Shown here in pieces: positions 1 through 9,228 of a DNA stretch of 32,000 nucleotides (its first letter is position 1; every line of letters begins with the position of its first letter). The stretch lies in NCBI RefSeq assembly GCF_000025125.1, contig NC_013771.1, positions 300,001-332,000 of the forward strand. Direction: 5' to 3'. A program made the position numbers and the translations under genes. Under the pieces are notes generated by a model. That model saw only the letters and a program-made list of their open reading frames with translations. It did not search any database and was not told the origin of the DNA. The DNA comes from Candidatus Atelocyanobacterium thalassa isolate ALOHA (GTDB lineage Bacteria > Cyanobacteriota > Cyanobacteriia > Cyanobacteriales > Microcystaceae).

Positions 1-1245
1 GAATTAGTAAAAGTTATGGGAGAAAGTAATTCTCCTCTAGCTAAAGCAGAAAGTGATCCTACAGTTATCTTAATGGTAGGATTGCAAGGAACTGGTAAAA
101 CAACTGCAACAGCAAAACTTGCTCATTATCTTAAAAAACAAAAGCAAAGTTGTTTAATGGTTGCTGCAGATATCTATCGTCCTGCAGCTATTGATCAATT
201 AAAAACATTAGGACAACAAATTGAGGTTCCAGTTTTTGAATTAGGCAATCAAGAAAATCCTGTTAATATTGCTCTTCAGGGTGTTAACAAAGCTAAAGAG
301 ATAGAAGCTGATGTAGTAATTATCGATACAGCAGGACGATTGCAGATTGATCAAGGGATGATGCTGGAGTTGACTCAGATAAAAGAGAGTATTAATCCTC
401 ATGATACTTTATTAGTCGTAGATGCTATGACAGGACAAGAAGCGGCTAATCTTGCTCAAACTTTTCATGAAAAAATTAAAATTACAGGAACAATTTTAAC
501 TAAAATGGATGGCGACACCAGAGGTGGAGCAGCTTTATCAGTTAGAAAAGTTTCAGGACAACCTATAAAGTTTGTTGGTGTCGGTGAAAAAATAGAAGCT
601 TTACAACCTTTTTATCCTGATCGGATGGCTTCTAGAATATTAAATATGGGAGATATCCTCACACTAGTAGAAAAGGCTCAGGAAGAAATTGATTTTTCTG
701 ACATGGAACAGCTACAGTCCAAAATTCTAGACGCAAAATTTGACTTTAATGATTTTCTTAAACAGACACGTCTAATGAAAAGTATGGGCTCATTTAGTAA
801 TATTTTAAAAATGGTTCCGGGATTAAATAAAATCAATACAAAAGATATTGAAAAAGGGGAAAATGAACTCAAGCGTACTGAAGCTATGATTGGTTCTATG
901 ACTTTAGAAGAACGTAAAGACCCAGATTTATTAGCAAAATCACCAAGTCGTAGATATCGTATAGCTAAAGGTTCAGGATATTCAGAAACTGAAATTAGTA
1001 AATTAATCAAAAACTTTACTAGAATGCGTACAATGATGCAGCAGTTAGGAAATGGTGGAATGCCTGGAATGGGAGGTGGAATGCCTGGAATGGGAGGTGG
1101 AATGCCTGGAATGGGAGGTGGAATGCCTGGAATGGGAAATTTGTTTAGTCAAGGGCCATCTAACGGATTCCGCGATCATTCACAAGTAAATCAAAAGAAA
1201 AAAGCTAAGAAAATTAAAAAGAAAAAAGGATTTGGAAGTCTATAA
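1..1245 (+). CDS. ffh: Signal recognition particle protein Ffh (5' end lies outside the window)
   Basis: The frame is open from base 1 (ELVKVMGES...). SRP54-type GTPase motifs are present: GLQGTGKTT (G1), DTAGR (G3), TKMDGD (G4). The M domain is Met-rich, with a GGMPGMG repeat and a Lys-rich tail. Confidence 0.95.
   Translation, partial: ELVKVMGESNSPLAKAESDPTVILMVGLQGTGKTTATAKLAHYLKKQKQSCLMVAADIYRPAAIDQLKTLGQQIEVPVFELGNQENPVNIALQGVNKAKEIEADVVIIDTAGRLQIDQGMMLELTQIKESINPHDTLLVVDAMTGQEAANLAQTFHEKIKITGTILTKMDGDTRGGAALSVRKVSGQPIKFVGVGEKIEALQPFYPDRMASRILNMGDILTLVEKAQEEIDFSDMEQLQSKILDAKFDFNDFLKQTRLMKSMGSFSNILKMVPGLNKINTKDIEKGENELKRTEAMIGSMTLEERKDPDLLAKSPSRRYRIAKGSGYSETEISKLIKNFTRMRTMMQQLGNGGMPGMGGGMPGMGGGMPGMGGGMPGMGNLFSQGPSNGFRDHSQVNQKKKAKKIKKKKGFGSL
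1054..1137 (+). repeat. Four perfect, in-frame tandem copies of the 21-bp unit ggtggaatgcctggaatggga, encoding (GGMPGMG)x4 in the Ffh C-terminal tail
   Basis: Base-by-base reading shows the units 1054-1074, 1075-1095, 1096-1116 and 1117-1137 are identical. Confidence 0.95.
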
Positions 1246-1369
1246 ATATAATTTTCAAAACTCAATGTGGACAAATGATTAAAACTTACAATACTTATAG
1301 ACAAAAACCCTTTAAAATCAACAATGTCTATTTTTTACAAGGGATGATTTGAATAAACTAGTTGATTGT

Positions 1370-2245
1370 TCAAAGCTTATGTGCAATTAGAATTCCTAGC
1401 ATTTTTTCTTCGAGAAGTTCAGGCTTTTCTATCATAGGCATGTGTCCACAGTTTGGAAAATCAATAACATTTTTACCTTGGAAACTAAAGAGCTTATGAA
1501 AACTAGCTAGGTATCTTACATATTGAGACTCAATCAATCTATCTTGTCCTCCGGCTAAAAAATATACTGGCTGCGATAAACAGGCAACAATTTGTGGTAA
1601 TACATGAACTTCTTTTTCAGTAGTTGAATTCAATAAAGAGCCTAACGCAGCTATTGGGTTAGCTTTTATTAAATCTATTACTCTCTGTTTTCCCCATCTT
1701 CTAGCTATAGAATTTGTTATTATAATTTTTGAAAAAAGAATTTCAACTACAGGAAAGCCTAATAGCCAAGTAGGCTTATACCTAATTAATTGTTGTCCAA
1801 CAAGAAGAAATCGTTCAAATTCTTCTTTAAGGTATATACCACCGCCAACATTTAAACAGATGACCCCTTGAACTTTTTCCGGACAAAGTTCAGCTCCCCA
1901 TAATGCAATATTTCCTCCAACAGAGTGCCCTATCAACCAACTTTTGTGAATTTTTAATTTTTCTAATAGAATGACTAAGTCTTTTGCGTAAGTTTCTGGA
2001 GAATAAGGAGAAGATATTTGTATCTCTTGAGATACAAAGTTATTTATAGGTTGGGAATCTCCAAATCCTCTAAGATCATATATGAGGCAAGAATATTTTT
2101 TAGAAAGTCTTTTGATAAGAGGAGACCAATATTGACGACTTAATAACCAACCATGAACAAAAATCAAAACAGGTTTAGATGAATTAGACGAAGATGGGAT
2201 CAATTCATAAGCGTGAGAAACTCCTAAAATATTTATAGTTGGCAT
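1370..2245 (-). CDS. Alpha/beta-fold hydrolase
   Basis: It carries the HG oxyanion motif (FVHGW), the GxSxG nucleophile elbow (GHSVGG) and a C-terminal catalytic His context (CGHMPMIEKPE). Length is 291 aa. Confidence 0.8.
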   Translation of the reverse strand: MPTINILGVSHAYELIPSSSNSSKPVLIFVHGWLLSRQYWSPLIKRLSKKYSCLIYDLRGFGDSQPINNFVSQEIQISSPYSPETYAKDLVILLEKLKIHKSWLIGHSVGGNIALWGAELCPEKVQGVICLNVGGGIYLKEEFERFLLVGQQLIRYKPTWLLGFPVVEILFSKIIITNSIARRWGKQRVIDLIKANPIAALGSLLNSTTEKEVHVLPQIVACLSQPVYFLAGGQDRLIESQYVRYLASFHKLFSFQGKNVIDFPNCGHMPMIEKPELLEEKMLGILIAHKL

Positions 2246-2352
2246 ATTATTAATGTTGTGTCTTATCCCACGGAAAAGTCATAATGACATTGTTTAGTTA
2301 AAACCATTTGATGCCAGTAGTCTTATTTAATTGTAATTTATATGGAGTTCTG

Positions 2353-2613
2353 ATGCTTAACTTTATTTCTGTGAATATTCAACTTGTTAGTACAAAAATA
2401 TTACTAATTTTAATTAAAGGTTATAAAAAATATATTTCTCCATTTCTACCTCCTAGTTGTCGATTTCAACCAACATGTTCAGAATATATGCTAGAAGCTG
2501 TTGAAAGGTTTGGCCCTTTACATGGAACGTTGTTAGGAGTTAAAAGATTTTTCCGTTGTAATCCTTTCAGTACTCCAAAATATGATCCTGTACCACCTAA
2601 AGTTAAAACATAA
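2353..2613 (+). CDS. yidD: Membrane protein insertion efficiency factor YidD
   Basis: The conserved core is [32 protein letters not shown]...RCNPF...YDPVP. The ORF is open from TTG 2308 and ATG 2311. I prefer ATG 2353 because YidD proteins are about 70-90 aa, but the start is uncertain. Confidence 0.8.
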   Translation: MLNFISVNIQLVSTKILLILIKGYKKYISPFLPPSCRFQPTCSEYMLEAVERFGPLHGTLLGVKRFFRCNPFSTPKYDPVPPKVKT

Positions 2614-2689
2614 GTGCTGTAAAATAAATTAAAAATTATATGTAGAGTACTTTTTAGTTTTGCTCTAATGAGACATGAAGTTATATATT

Positions 2690-3226
2690 TTAAATTTTAT
2701 TTGTCTTTACTTTAATATCAAGAATAATATAAATCAACCCTGATATTAATGTTAAAGCTACAGATATCCAAAATAATATATTAGTAAATTCATCCCAGCT
2801 TTGAGAAAGAGGTGCAATAAGAAAAGCAATAGCTATTATCTGACTTACAGTTTTAGCTTTACCCCAAATTTTAGCTTCTTTAGGTCCTTTTTTATTTTTA
2901 ATACTATTAATTCGATAACAAGTTATTCCTACTTCTCTTATTATAATTAAAATTATTCCCCATATTGAAATTTGCTTTATTATTACTAAACCTAATAAAG
3001 TCAAAATTATAAAAATTTTATCTACCAATGGATCAAGAAATTTACCTAAATCTGTAACTTGATTCATTTTTCTAGCTAAATATCCATCTAGCCAATCTGT
3101 AGATGCTATCGTAAGAAAAACTATCAAACTAAGCCAACGACTGAAAAAAAGAGGTGTAATCAAAAAATAGAAGAGGAAAAAGACTCCTAGTAAACGACTA
3201 ATAGTAATCCAGTTAGGGATGTTCAT
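2690..3226 (-). CDS. pgsA: CDP-diacylglycerol--glycerol-3-phosphate 3-phosphatidyltransferase
   Basis: The CDP-alcohol phosphotransferase motif D-x2-DG-x2-AR-x8-G-x3-D-x3-D is present as DWLDGYLARKMNQVTDLGKFLDPLVDK. The protein is multi-TM and 178 aa long. Confidence 0.9.
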   Translation of the reverse strand: MNIPNWITISRLLGVFFLFYFLITPLFFSRWLSLIVFLTIASTDWLDGYLARKMNQVTDLGKFLDPLVDKIFIILTLLGLVIIKQISIWGIILIIIREVGITCYRINSIKNKKGPKEAKIWGKAKTVSQIIAIAFLIAPLSQSWDEFTNILFWISVALTLISGLIYIILDIKVKTNKI

Positions 3227-3254
3227 TAATAATTTTTATAAATATAATATAAAT

Positions 3255-3398
3255 TTACCAAATACCTATTTCTTGTAGCTTATCACGCAGCATGTCTGCC
3301 TCTGTCTGTTTATTCTGTACCTCGTAAAGACTTATGGCTTTATGAAAGGCTTCAGAACTTTTAGTCACTTTCTTTAACTTAAATAAAACTACTCCTAA
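3255..3398 (-). other. Out-of-frame continuation of the GT2-TPR gene: 47 open codons encoding a further TPR-like helix pair
   Basis: The shifted frame reads LGVVLFKLKKVTKSSEAFHKAISLYEVQNKQTEADMLRDKLQEIGIW*. It joins seamlessly to ...SLDPSCAQAYQN if one base of the A run at 3397-3399 (plus strand) is removed. Confidence 0.55.
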
Positions 3399-4449
3399 AG
3401 TTTTGATAAGCCTGAGCGCAACTAGGATCAAGAGAAATTAACTTTTTATAAATAATTGCAGAATTTGCTAATTCTCCCATAGTACTTAAGATTATAGCGA
3501 GATTATAGTAGCCATTTAAAAAATTAGGATCAATTTTTAAAATTATTTCATATACTTTTACTGCATCTTTAAATCTTTTTATGTTTTGTAATGCGACTCC
3601 ATAGTTGTTATAAGCACCTAGCTTCAAACAATCCATAAGATTTTGAGCTATTGCCTTTTGATAATGTTTAATTGCTTGCTCGTTATTATTAGTTTTAGTA
3701 TAGATATTACCTAAATGGTAATGTAATTCAAATAATATATGAGGGTTTTTTGGGTTAAACTTTAAGCCTTGTTTGAATAATTTAACAGCCTGTTTTTCTT
3801 TACCCGCTTGAGAGTATAAGGCTCCTAGTTTACTGCAAGTATATGAATCATGCGGAAATTTTTTCAAAAAAATTTCCATCGCTTCCGTAGCACGGTTATG
3901 TTTGTTTAAAGATAAAATTTGGCTCGGTGTATAGCCGTAATGGAAAATAGAAACTGAAGGAAGATCTACAATTTTCCAATAATCTTCTATCTTTAATAAC
4001 TTATTTATGCTCTCATCTATGGAAGAATGATATGGACGAGAAAAAGAAATATTTGCATGCTTACGAAATAGACGAGAAACTAAAGAATAAGGTGATTGGG
4101 ATGCTCCTATTTCATGACGTATTAAATTAATTACTAAATTATTTTTTTGACAAATCGCTTGTTTTATATTGGGAATGGTCTCTTTGTTAAGGACTTCATC
4201 AGCATCAAGTACTAATACCCAATCTTTATTAACGTATTTTAAAGATTCATTTCTTGCTGCTGAAAAATCATTATTCCACTTAAAAAAAGGAACAACTGCT
4301 CCAAAACTCTGAGCAATTGACACAGTTTTATCGGTTGAGCCAGTATCTAAAATTATCATTTCATCAACTAATTCGCTAACACTATCTAAACATTTAGCTA
4401 ACCTTTCCTCTTCATTTTTAACAATCATGCAAAGACTAAGTTCTGTCAT
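3379..4449 (-). CDS. Family 2 glycosyltransferase with C-terminal TPR repeats, apparently truncated by a frameshift
   Basis: The N-terminal GT-A domain reads LSLCMIVKNEEERLAKCLDSV...ILDTGSTDKT, with a DADE (DxD) motif. The C-terminal half has TPR-like repeats (YHLGNIYTKTNNNEQAIKHYQKAI, AYNNYGVALQNIKRFKDAVKVYEIILKIDP and others). Confidence 0.8.
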   Translation of the reverse strand: MTELSLCMIVKNEEERLAKCLDSVSELVDEMIILDTGSTDKTVSIAQSFGAVVPFFKWNNDFSAARNESLKYVNKDWVLVLDADEVLNKETIPNIKQAICQKNNLVINLIRHEIGASQSPYSLVSRLFRKHANISFSRPYHSSIDESINKLLKIEDYWKIVDLPSVSIFHYGYTPSQILSLNKHNRATEAMEIFLKKFPHDSYTCSKLGALYSQAGKEKQAVKLFKQGLKFNPKNPHILFELHYHLGNIYTKTNNNEQAIKHYQKAIAQNLMDCLKLGAYNNYGVALQNIKRFKDAVKVYEIILKIDPNFLNGYYNLAIILSTMGELANSAIIYKKLISLDPSCAQAYQNFRSSFI

Positions 4450-4763
4450 TTTTTAATCTGATAAGTTGTTAGGATTCTGCAGTAAAAGTCATTCTTTATG
4501 TAGTATATTGTTAATAAACTAATACTGTAATTAATGATGCTCAAATAATATTAAGTGAATTTTTCCTATAATGTTTGGAGCATTAATATTTCACTTATTA
4601 TGTTTCAAAAAATGCTTCATATAAAAAGGTATTGATACAAGATAAGTTATTCTTTTTAGATTACTTCTCATTACTATCTCATTATCTCAAAGAATAATAA
4701 AAGATCATTGTATATGAGTGTGTTAGTGATTCACCTTTATTAAAGATTAATATAAATCATCAT

Positions 4764-6233
4764 ATGTCATTAACTCTATTAACATCAAAGGAAATTCCTC
4801 AACTAATTTATCAACCCAGTCGTGAACACTTTGATGAAACTTGGAGAAAACCTTTAAGTATCTTATTGGGACTAGGAAGAGCTGCAGGAGCAGATTTTTT
4901 AGAGTTTTTTTTAGAAAGAACTAACTATTTAAGTTGTCTAGGAGAAGAAGATATTATTACAGCTGTTTCTCCATCTCTGTCTTCTGGAGCTGGAGTACGT
5001 ATTTTTAAAGGAAAAGCCGATTGTTATGTAAGTACTAATAATATTTCATTTAAAGGCCTTAGGATAGCTTTGGAAAAAGGGCTATCCATATTAGATTTAA
5101 GCTTACCTTATTCTAATGCTTATGTTCCAGAAGTAAATTTAGAAATATTAAGAGACTATACTACACATAAAGATAAAGAATCATGGTTGCCAGAATGTAT
5201 CCAAATTGAAGAAATAGGACAAATTTTACTTTCAGCCAATAAAACTATTGCGAAAAAAGCTAATCACATACAGTCTCGACGCTCTACTTATTTTAGAAAT
5301 TGGCAAGAAATTTTAGTAGCTGCTAGTGATGGTACTTTTGCTAGAGATATTCGTCTTACCCAATCTGTAGGATATTCTCTTTTATGTGCAGATAGAGAAG
5401 ATCGTAGTTTAATAAACAAACGTTTTGGTGATACCAGTAATATTAACTTTCTAAGAGAATGGGATTATGAAAGTGCATCAGAAGAAATCGCAGAATCTTC
5501 TGGAAAAATGCTATATGCAGATTTCGTTGAATCAGGTAACTATCCTATAGTTATGGCTAATAAATTTGGCGGAGTAATTTTCCATGAAGCTTGCGGACAT
5601 CTTTTAGAAACTACTCAAATAGAAACTAATACAACTCCTTTTATAGATAAAAAAGGATGTAAAATTGCTCATGAAAATTTAACTGCTTGGGATGAAGGGG
5701 CATCAGAAAAAGCTTTTGGAAGTATTGATATGGATGATGAAGGAATGCCTTCTCAAAGAACTCTCTTAATTGAAAACGGTATTTTAAAAAACTTTTTATC
5801 TGATCGGGCTGGTTACCTTCGTACCGGTTCTCCTCGTACAGGTAATGGAAGGCGTCAGAACTACGCTTATGCTCCAACATCTAGAATGCGAAATACATAT
5901 ATTGCCCCTGGCAATTGTTCTACAAAAGATATTTTTGATTCTATAGATAGAGGAATTTATTGTAAGCAAATGGGTGGTGGTAGTGTTGGGGTTACAGGTG
6001 AGTTTAATTTTTCCGTTTCTGAAGCATACTTAATTGAAAAAGGAAAATTAACAAAACCTTTAAAAGGAGCAACTTTGATTGGAACAGCTCAAAATATAAT
6101 GAACGAAATATCAATGTGTTCACAGGATTTAGAGTACGCTCCAGGATTTTGTGGTTCTACGAGCGGTAGCATTTATGTTACTGTTGGTCAGCCACATATT
6201 AAAGTTGATGGAATTACTGTAGGTGGGCGTTAA
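4764..6233 (+). CDS. tldD: TldD-family metalloprotease
   Basis: It has the HExxxH zinc motif ([10 protein letters not shown]), the conserved GNGRR...TSRMRNTY segment and a C-terminal ...VDGITVGG. Length is 489 aa. Confidence 0.85.
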   Translation: MSLTLLTSKEIPQLIYQPSREHFDETWRKPLSILLGLGRAAGADFLEFFLERTNYLSCLGEEDIITAVSPSLSSGAGVRIFKGKADCYVSTNNISFKGLRIALEKGLSILDLSLPYSNAYVPEVNLEILRDYTTHKDKESWLPECIQIEEIGQILLSANKTIAKKANHIQSRRSTYFRNWQEILVAASDGTFARDIRLTQSVGYSLLCADREDRSLINKRFGDTSNINFLREWDYESASEEIAESSGKMLYADFVESGNYPIVMANKFGGVIFHEACGHLLETTQIETNTTPFIDKKGCKIAHENLTAWDEGASEKAFGSIDMDDEGMPSQRTLLIENGILKNFLSDRAGYLRTGSPRTGNGRRQNYAYAPTSRMRNTYIAPGNCSTKDIFDSIDRGIYCKQMGGGSVGVTGEFNFSVSEAYLIEKGKLTKPLKGATLIGTAQNIMNEISMCSQDLEYAPGFCGSTSGSIYVTVGQPHIKVDGITVGGR

Positions 6234-6542
6234 AAATAAAAAACTTAGAAAGTACATATCATATAGAATATACTTATAAAAGGTATTTATTGTGACTAAG
6301 TATTATTTAAAAAAATCAAATATGCTTTATAAGTTATTTATTTGGTTTATTCTTTAACAAATTTTTGTAGCAAATATTTAAAATTTCTTGATCTTTCTCT
6401 TTATCAAAAATGAGTCTTTTTATACACTTTTGAAGTATAAATAAAATTGGAAGTAAAATTAATTTAGAATATAGCTTAAAACTATTAGAATTATTGATAC
6501 TATCAATAACTAAAAAGCGAAATATATTTTAGATTTAAAACT

Positions 6543-8027
6543 ATGAATTCATCTAAAATCACAAAGATTGAATATGTTGATGTTATTATAGTCGGCGGTG
6601 GTATAGCTGGAATAGCAACTGCAGAATTTTTAGCTCGTCACAGTAATTTATCTATTAAACTTTTAGATAAAGCCTCTCATTTAGGGACTGAATCTTCAGG
6701 AAAACTAGAAGGATGGTATCATACCGGAGCATTATATTCTGGACAAGATGATGCGCAAACATTTATTAATTGTGTGAATGGAGTCGAGGATTTAATAAAC
6801 TTTTATACTCCATATTTTACTTCTCAATGTAATGTTGAATTATTAGAGAAGAAAGCTGGGTTCTTTACACCTTCAGTTATTCCGAAATTAGGAGGTTGGT
6901 TTGATAATTCACCAGTTTACTTGATTCATCCTCAAGTTGATTCTCCAGAAATTCATTTTTCTCGTCTTAAAAGTGATTTAATACATATTAATAATCAAAA
7001 AGAAAGGGTTTTAGGAAGATTAGAGGCTGCTTATGGAGAACAACATAACTGGTTAATTGATAATAAATGTATTGCTCCAACCTATGCTCAAGTTGAAAAT
7101 AATGAAAAAATAGAATCTTCTCTACAACAATCAACGACAACTATTCGTAATATTTGCAATCAATTTAATTTGTCATATGGAATAAAGACTAATGGTTATG
7201 GCTATATTAAAACTCTAGATTGCTCTATGAATACCAATAAAATTTTAAAGGATCTAGTGTCTAGTTCCCTCAATCACGGTGTGAATTTTGAAACGGGAAT
7301 CACAATCGAAAAATTGTCAATGGATAATTATGGGCCTGTTCGATTAAAAAGTCTATTATGTAAAACTAAAGAAGGATTATCAAAAAAGTTTAAGGCGCGA
7401 CTATTTATTTTTGCTGTTGGAAATGGATTTGAACCATTCTTGCGAGATTTGCAAATTAGAGCAAGGTTAAAATGTAATAAAAGTGCGATGGTAGTTGCTG
7501 TTCCTCCTCTTACTGATGTCAATTTTTTTAGAATGTCTACTAAAAATAACTTTCATTTCAACCACTTTCTAAGACGATCAGATCCTAACAGTCATGCTTA
7601 TTCAATATTAGCTAATTCTGGTTATATTAATAATGAAACAAGTGATGAGATCAATACCGATCCTATCTTAGAATTAGCAGAGCGTTATTTTGGAGATAAA
7701 AACTTGTATAGTAGGGAACTATATAGCTATGAATGTGCAAAAACTGAATTTGTTAGTGAAGAAGAGCAGAAACGGCGTTATAGCTATTGGATTGAATCAA
7801 AACCGAACAGTAATTATATATGTATTTTGCCAGGTAAATTTTCTTTTTTCCCTACTGTAGCCTATCAAACTTATCAAAGAGTAAAAACTTTATTAGATTT
7901 TCAGGAAATAAATCCTAGGTTACAATTTCAATCCACTAATGATCTTGAAATCAAGACTAACGGTCTAGTTGCCAATTCATTTTCTTTTCAAATTTCTGAA
8001 AACAGCTACTTGTACAATATTAAATAA
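6543..8027 (+). CDS. FAD-dependent oxidoreductase of unknown specificity, with a DAO/GlpD-like N-terminus
   Basis: The N-terminal Rossmann dinucleotide motif is DVIIVGGGIAGIATAEFLA, followed by a GTESSGKLEGWYHTGALY segment that resembles the GlpD/DAO FAD-binding region. Length is 494 aa. Confidence 0.7.
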   Translation: MNSSKITKIEYVDVIIVGGGIAGIATAEFLARHSNLSIKLLDKASHLGTESSGKLEGWYHTGALYSGQDDAQTFINCVNGVEDLINFYTPYFTSQCNVELLEKKAGFFTPSVIPKLGGWFDNSPVYLIHPQVDSPEIHFSRLKSDLIHINNQKERVLGRLEAAYGEQHNWLIDNKCIAPTYAQVENNEKIESSLQQSTTTIRNICNQFNLSYGIKTNGYGYIKTLDCSMNTNKILKDLVSSSLNHGVNFETGITIEKLSMDNYGPVRLKSLLCKTKEGLSKKFKARLFIFAVGNGFEPFLRDLQIRARLKCNKSAMVVAVPPLTDVNFFRMSTKNNFHFNHFLRRSDPNSHAYSILANSGYINNETSDEINTDPILELAERYFGDKNLYSRELYSYECAKTEFVSEEEQKRRYSYWIESKPNSNYICILPGKFSFFPTVAYQTYQRVKTLLDFQEINPRLQFQSTNDLEIKTNGLVANSFSFQISENSYLYNIK

Positions 8028-8232
8028 TACTATATATGTATCAAGATTATAATACTAGTCTTAAAAGTGAAAATTAGCACGAATAGATGTTCTAATAACT
8101 ATATATAATATTTATTATTAAGTTACTTTTAAGTAAATGTTCCAAAATGAAATATTTAAAAGATATTACTCTAATTATTATTTTTTGACTCAAAACGATA
8201 GATTCAATAAATAATTTTTGCAGACAATCACT

Positions 8233-9090
8233 ATGGTAGACAAAAAAGAATTAAACTTAGGAACTTTGTATATAGTAGGAACACCTATTGGTAACCTAGA
8301 AGACATAACACTAAGAGCAATTAGAATTCTAAAATCAGTTGATATGATTGCGGCAGAAGATACTCGTCATACTGCTAAGCTTTTGAATCATTTCCAAATA
8401 AACACTCCCAAGATTAGTTATCATCAACATAATTGCGTAACGCGTCAAAATGAATTATTAAGCAAATTAAAACAAGGAAATATAATTGCCTTAGTAAGTG
8501 ATGCTGGTATGCCAGGTATTTCAGATCCTGGTTATGATTTAGTATGCCTATGTATTGCCGAAAATATCCCCATAGTACCAATTCCTGGACCTACGGCAGT
8601 TGTCACAGCTCTTGTAACTTCAGGATTACCTAGCAACCGTTTTGTTTTTGAAGGTTTTTTACCTATTAAATTTCAAATAAGACAAGAGCGTTTGAACTTA
8701 TTAAAAAAAGAACCCCGTACAATTGTTGTTTACGAATCTCCCCATCGTTTATTAAAAACTTTGATTGATTTCGTAAAAATATTTGGTAATGATCGCCAAA
8801 TCGTATTAGGAAGAGAGTTGACTAAATATTATGAAGAATTTTGGAGGGGCAGTCTCAAAGAAGCCGTATTACATTATCAACAAAATAAAAATATTAAGGG
8901 AGAATTTACATTAGTTTTATCTGGTTGTTCTCAAGATAACTTATTAGATTTAAATATCGAACAGGTGAAGATTGAACTGCAAAAATTACTAGAAAGAGGA
9001 ATGACAAGATCTCAGGCAAGCAAATATTTAGCTACAACAGTAAAATTTTCCCGTCGTGAAATTTATGAATTATCTTTAAATAATTTATAG
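8233..9090 (+). CDS. rsmI: 16S rRNA (cytidine1402-2'-O)-methyltransferase RsmI
   Basis: Tetrapyrrole-methylase-fold motifs are present: LYIVGTPIGNLEDITLRAI, IAAEDTRHT, SDAGMPGISDPG, ESPHRL. The ORF is open from TTG 8218, but ATG 8233 is the more likely start. Confidence 0.88.
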   Translation: MVDKKELNLGTLYIVGTPIGNLEDITLRAIRILKSVDMIAAEDTRHTAKLLNHFQINTPKISYHQHNCVTRQNELLSKLKQGNIIALVSDAGMPGISDPGYDLVCLCIAENIPIVPIPGPTAVVTALVTSGLPSNRFVFEGFLPIKFQIRQERLNLLKKEPRTIVVYESPHRLLKTLIDFVKIFGNDRQIVLGRELTKYYEEFWRGSLKEAVLHYQQNKNIKGEFTLVLSGCSQDNLLDLNIEQVKIELQKLLERGMTRSQASKYLATTVKFSRREIYELSLNNL

Positions 9091-9228
9091 TTGCTAGCGA
9101 TTTTATTATGATAATAGTAGTAGAAAATTATTAAAAGAATAAACTGTAAAAGTTTTGCATAGTCTCTTTCATAAAAACTAAACAATAGAAGAAATTATGA
9201 TTCATATGTCTTCTCAGCTTAAAAAAAA

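Noticed and set aside
678-1010. 110-aa ORF antisense to ffh
   Set aside because: It lies entirely inside the strongly conserved ffh frame. The peptide is low-complexity and matches no motif I recognise. It is a typical shadow ORF.
1054-1137. Possible CRISPR-like array, because of regularly repeated 21-mers
   Set aside because: The units are directly adjacent with no spacers, lie in frame inside ffh and encode GGMPGMG. This is a coding tandem repeat, not CRISPR. I saw no repeat-spacer architecture anywhere in the window.
5641-5880. 79-aa ORF antisense to tldD
   Set aside because: It is embedded opposite the conserved TldD core and has no recognisable features.
6234-6542. Possible remnant of a deleted gene (for example pmbA) or a small gene in the tldD-downstream spacer
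   Set aside because: Where I hand-translated it (plus-strand ATG codons and one minus-strand segment) it is broken by stops. The longest stretches, such as a Lys/Ile-rich roughly 40-codon run on the minus strand, lack a start codon and any motif.
7328-7522. 64-aa ORF antisense to the FAD oxidoreductase gene
   Set aside because: It is short, embedded in a longer coherent ORF, and shows no motif.
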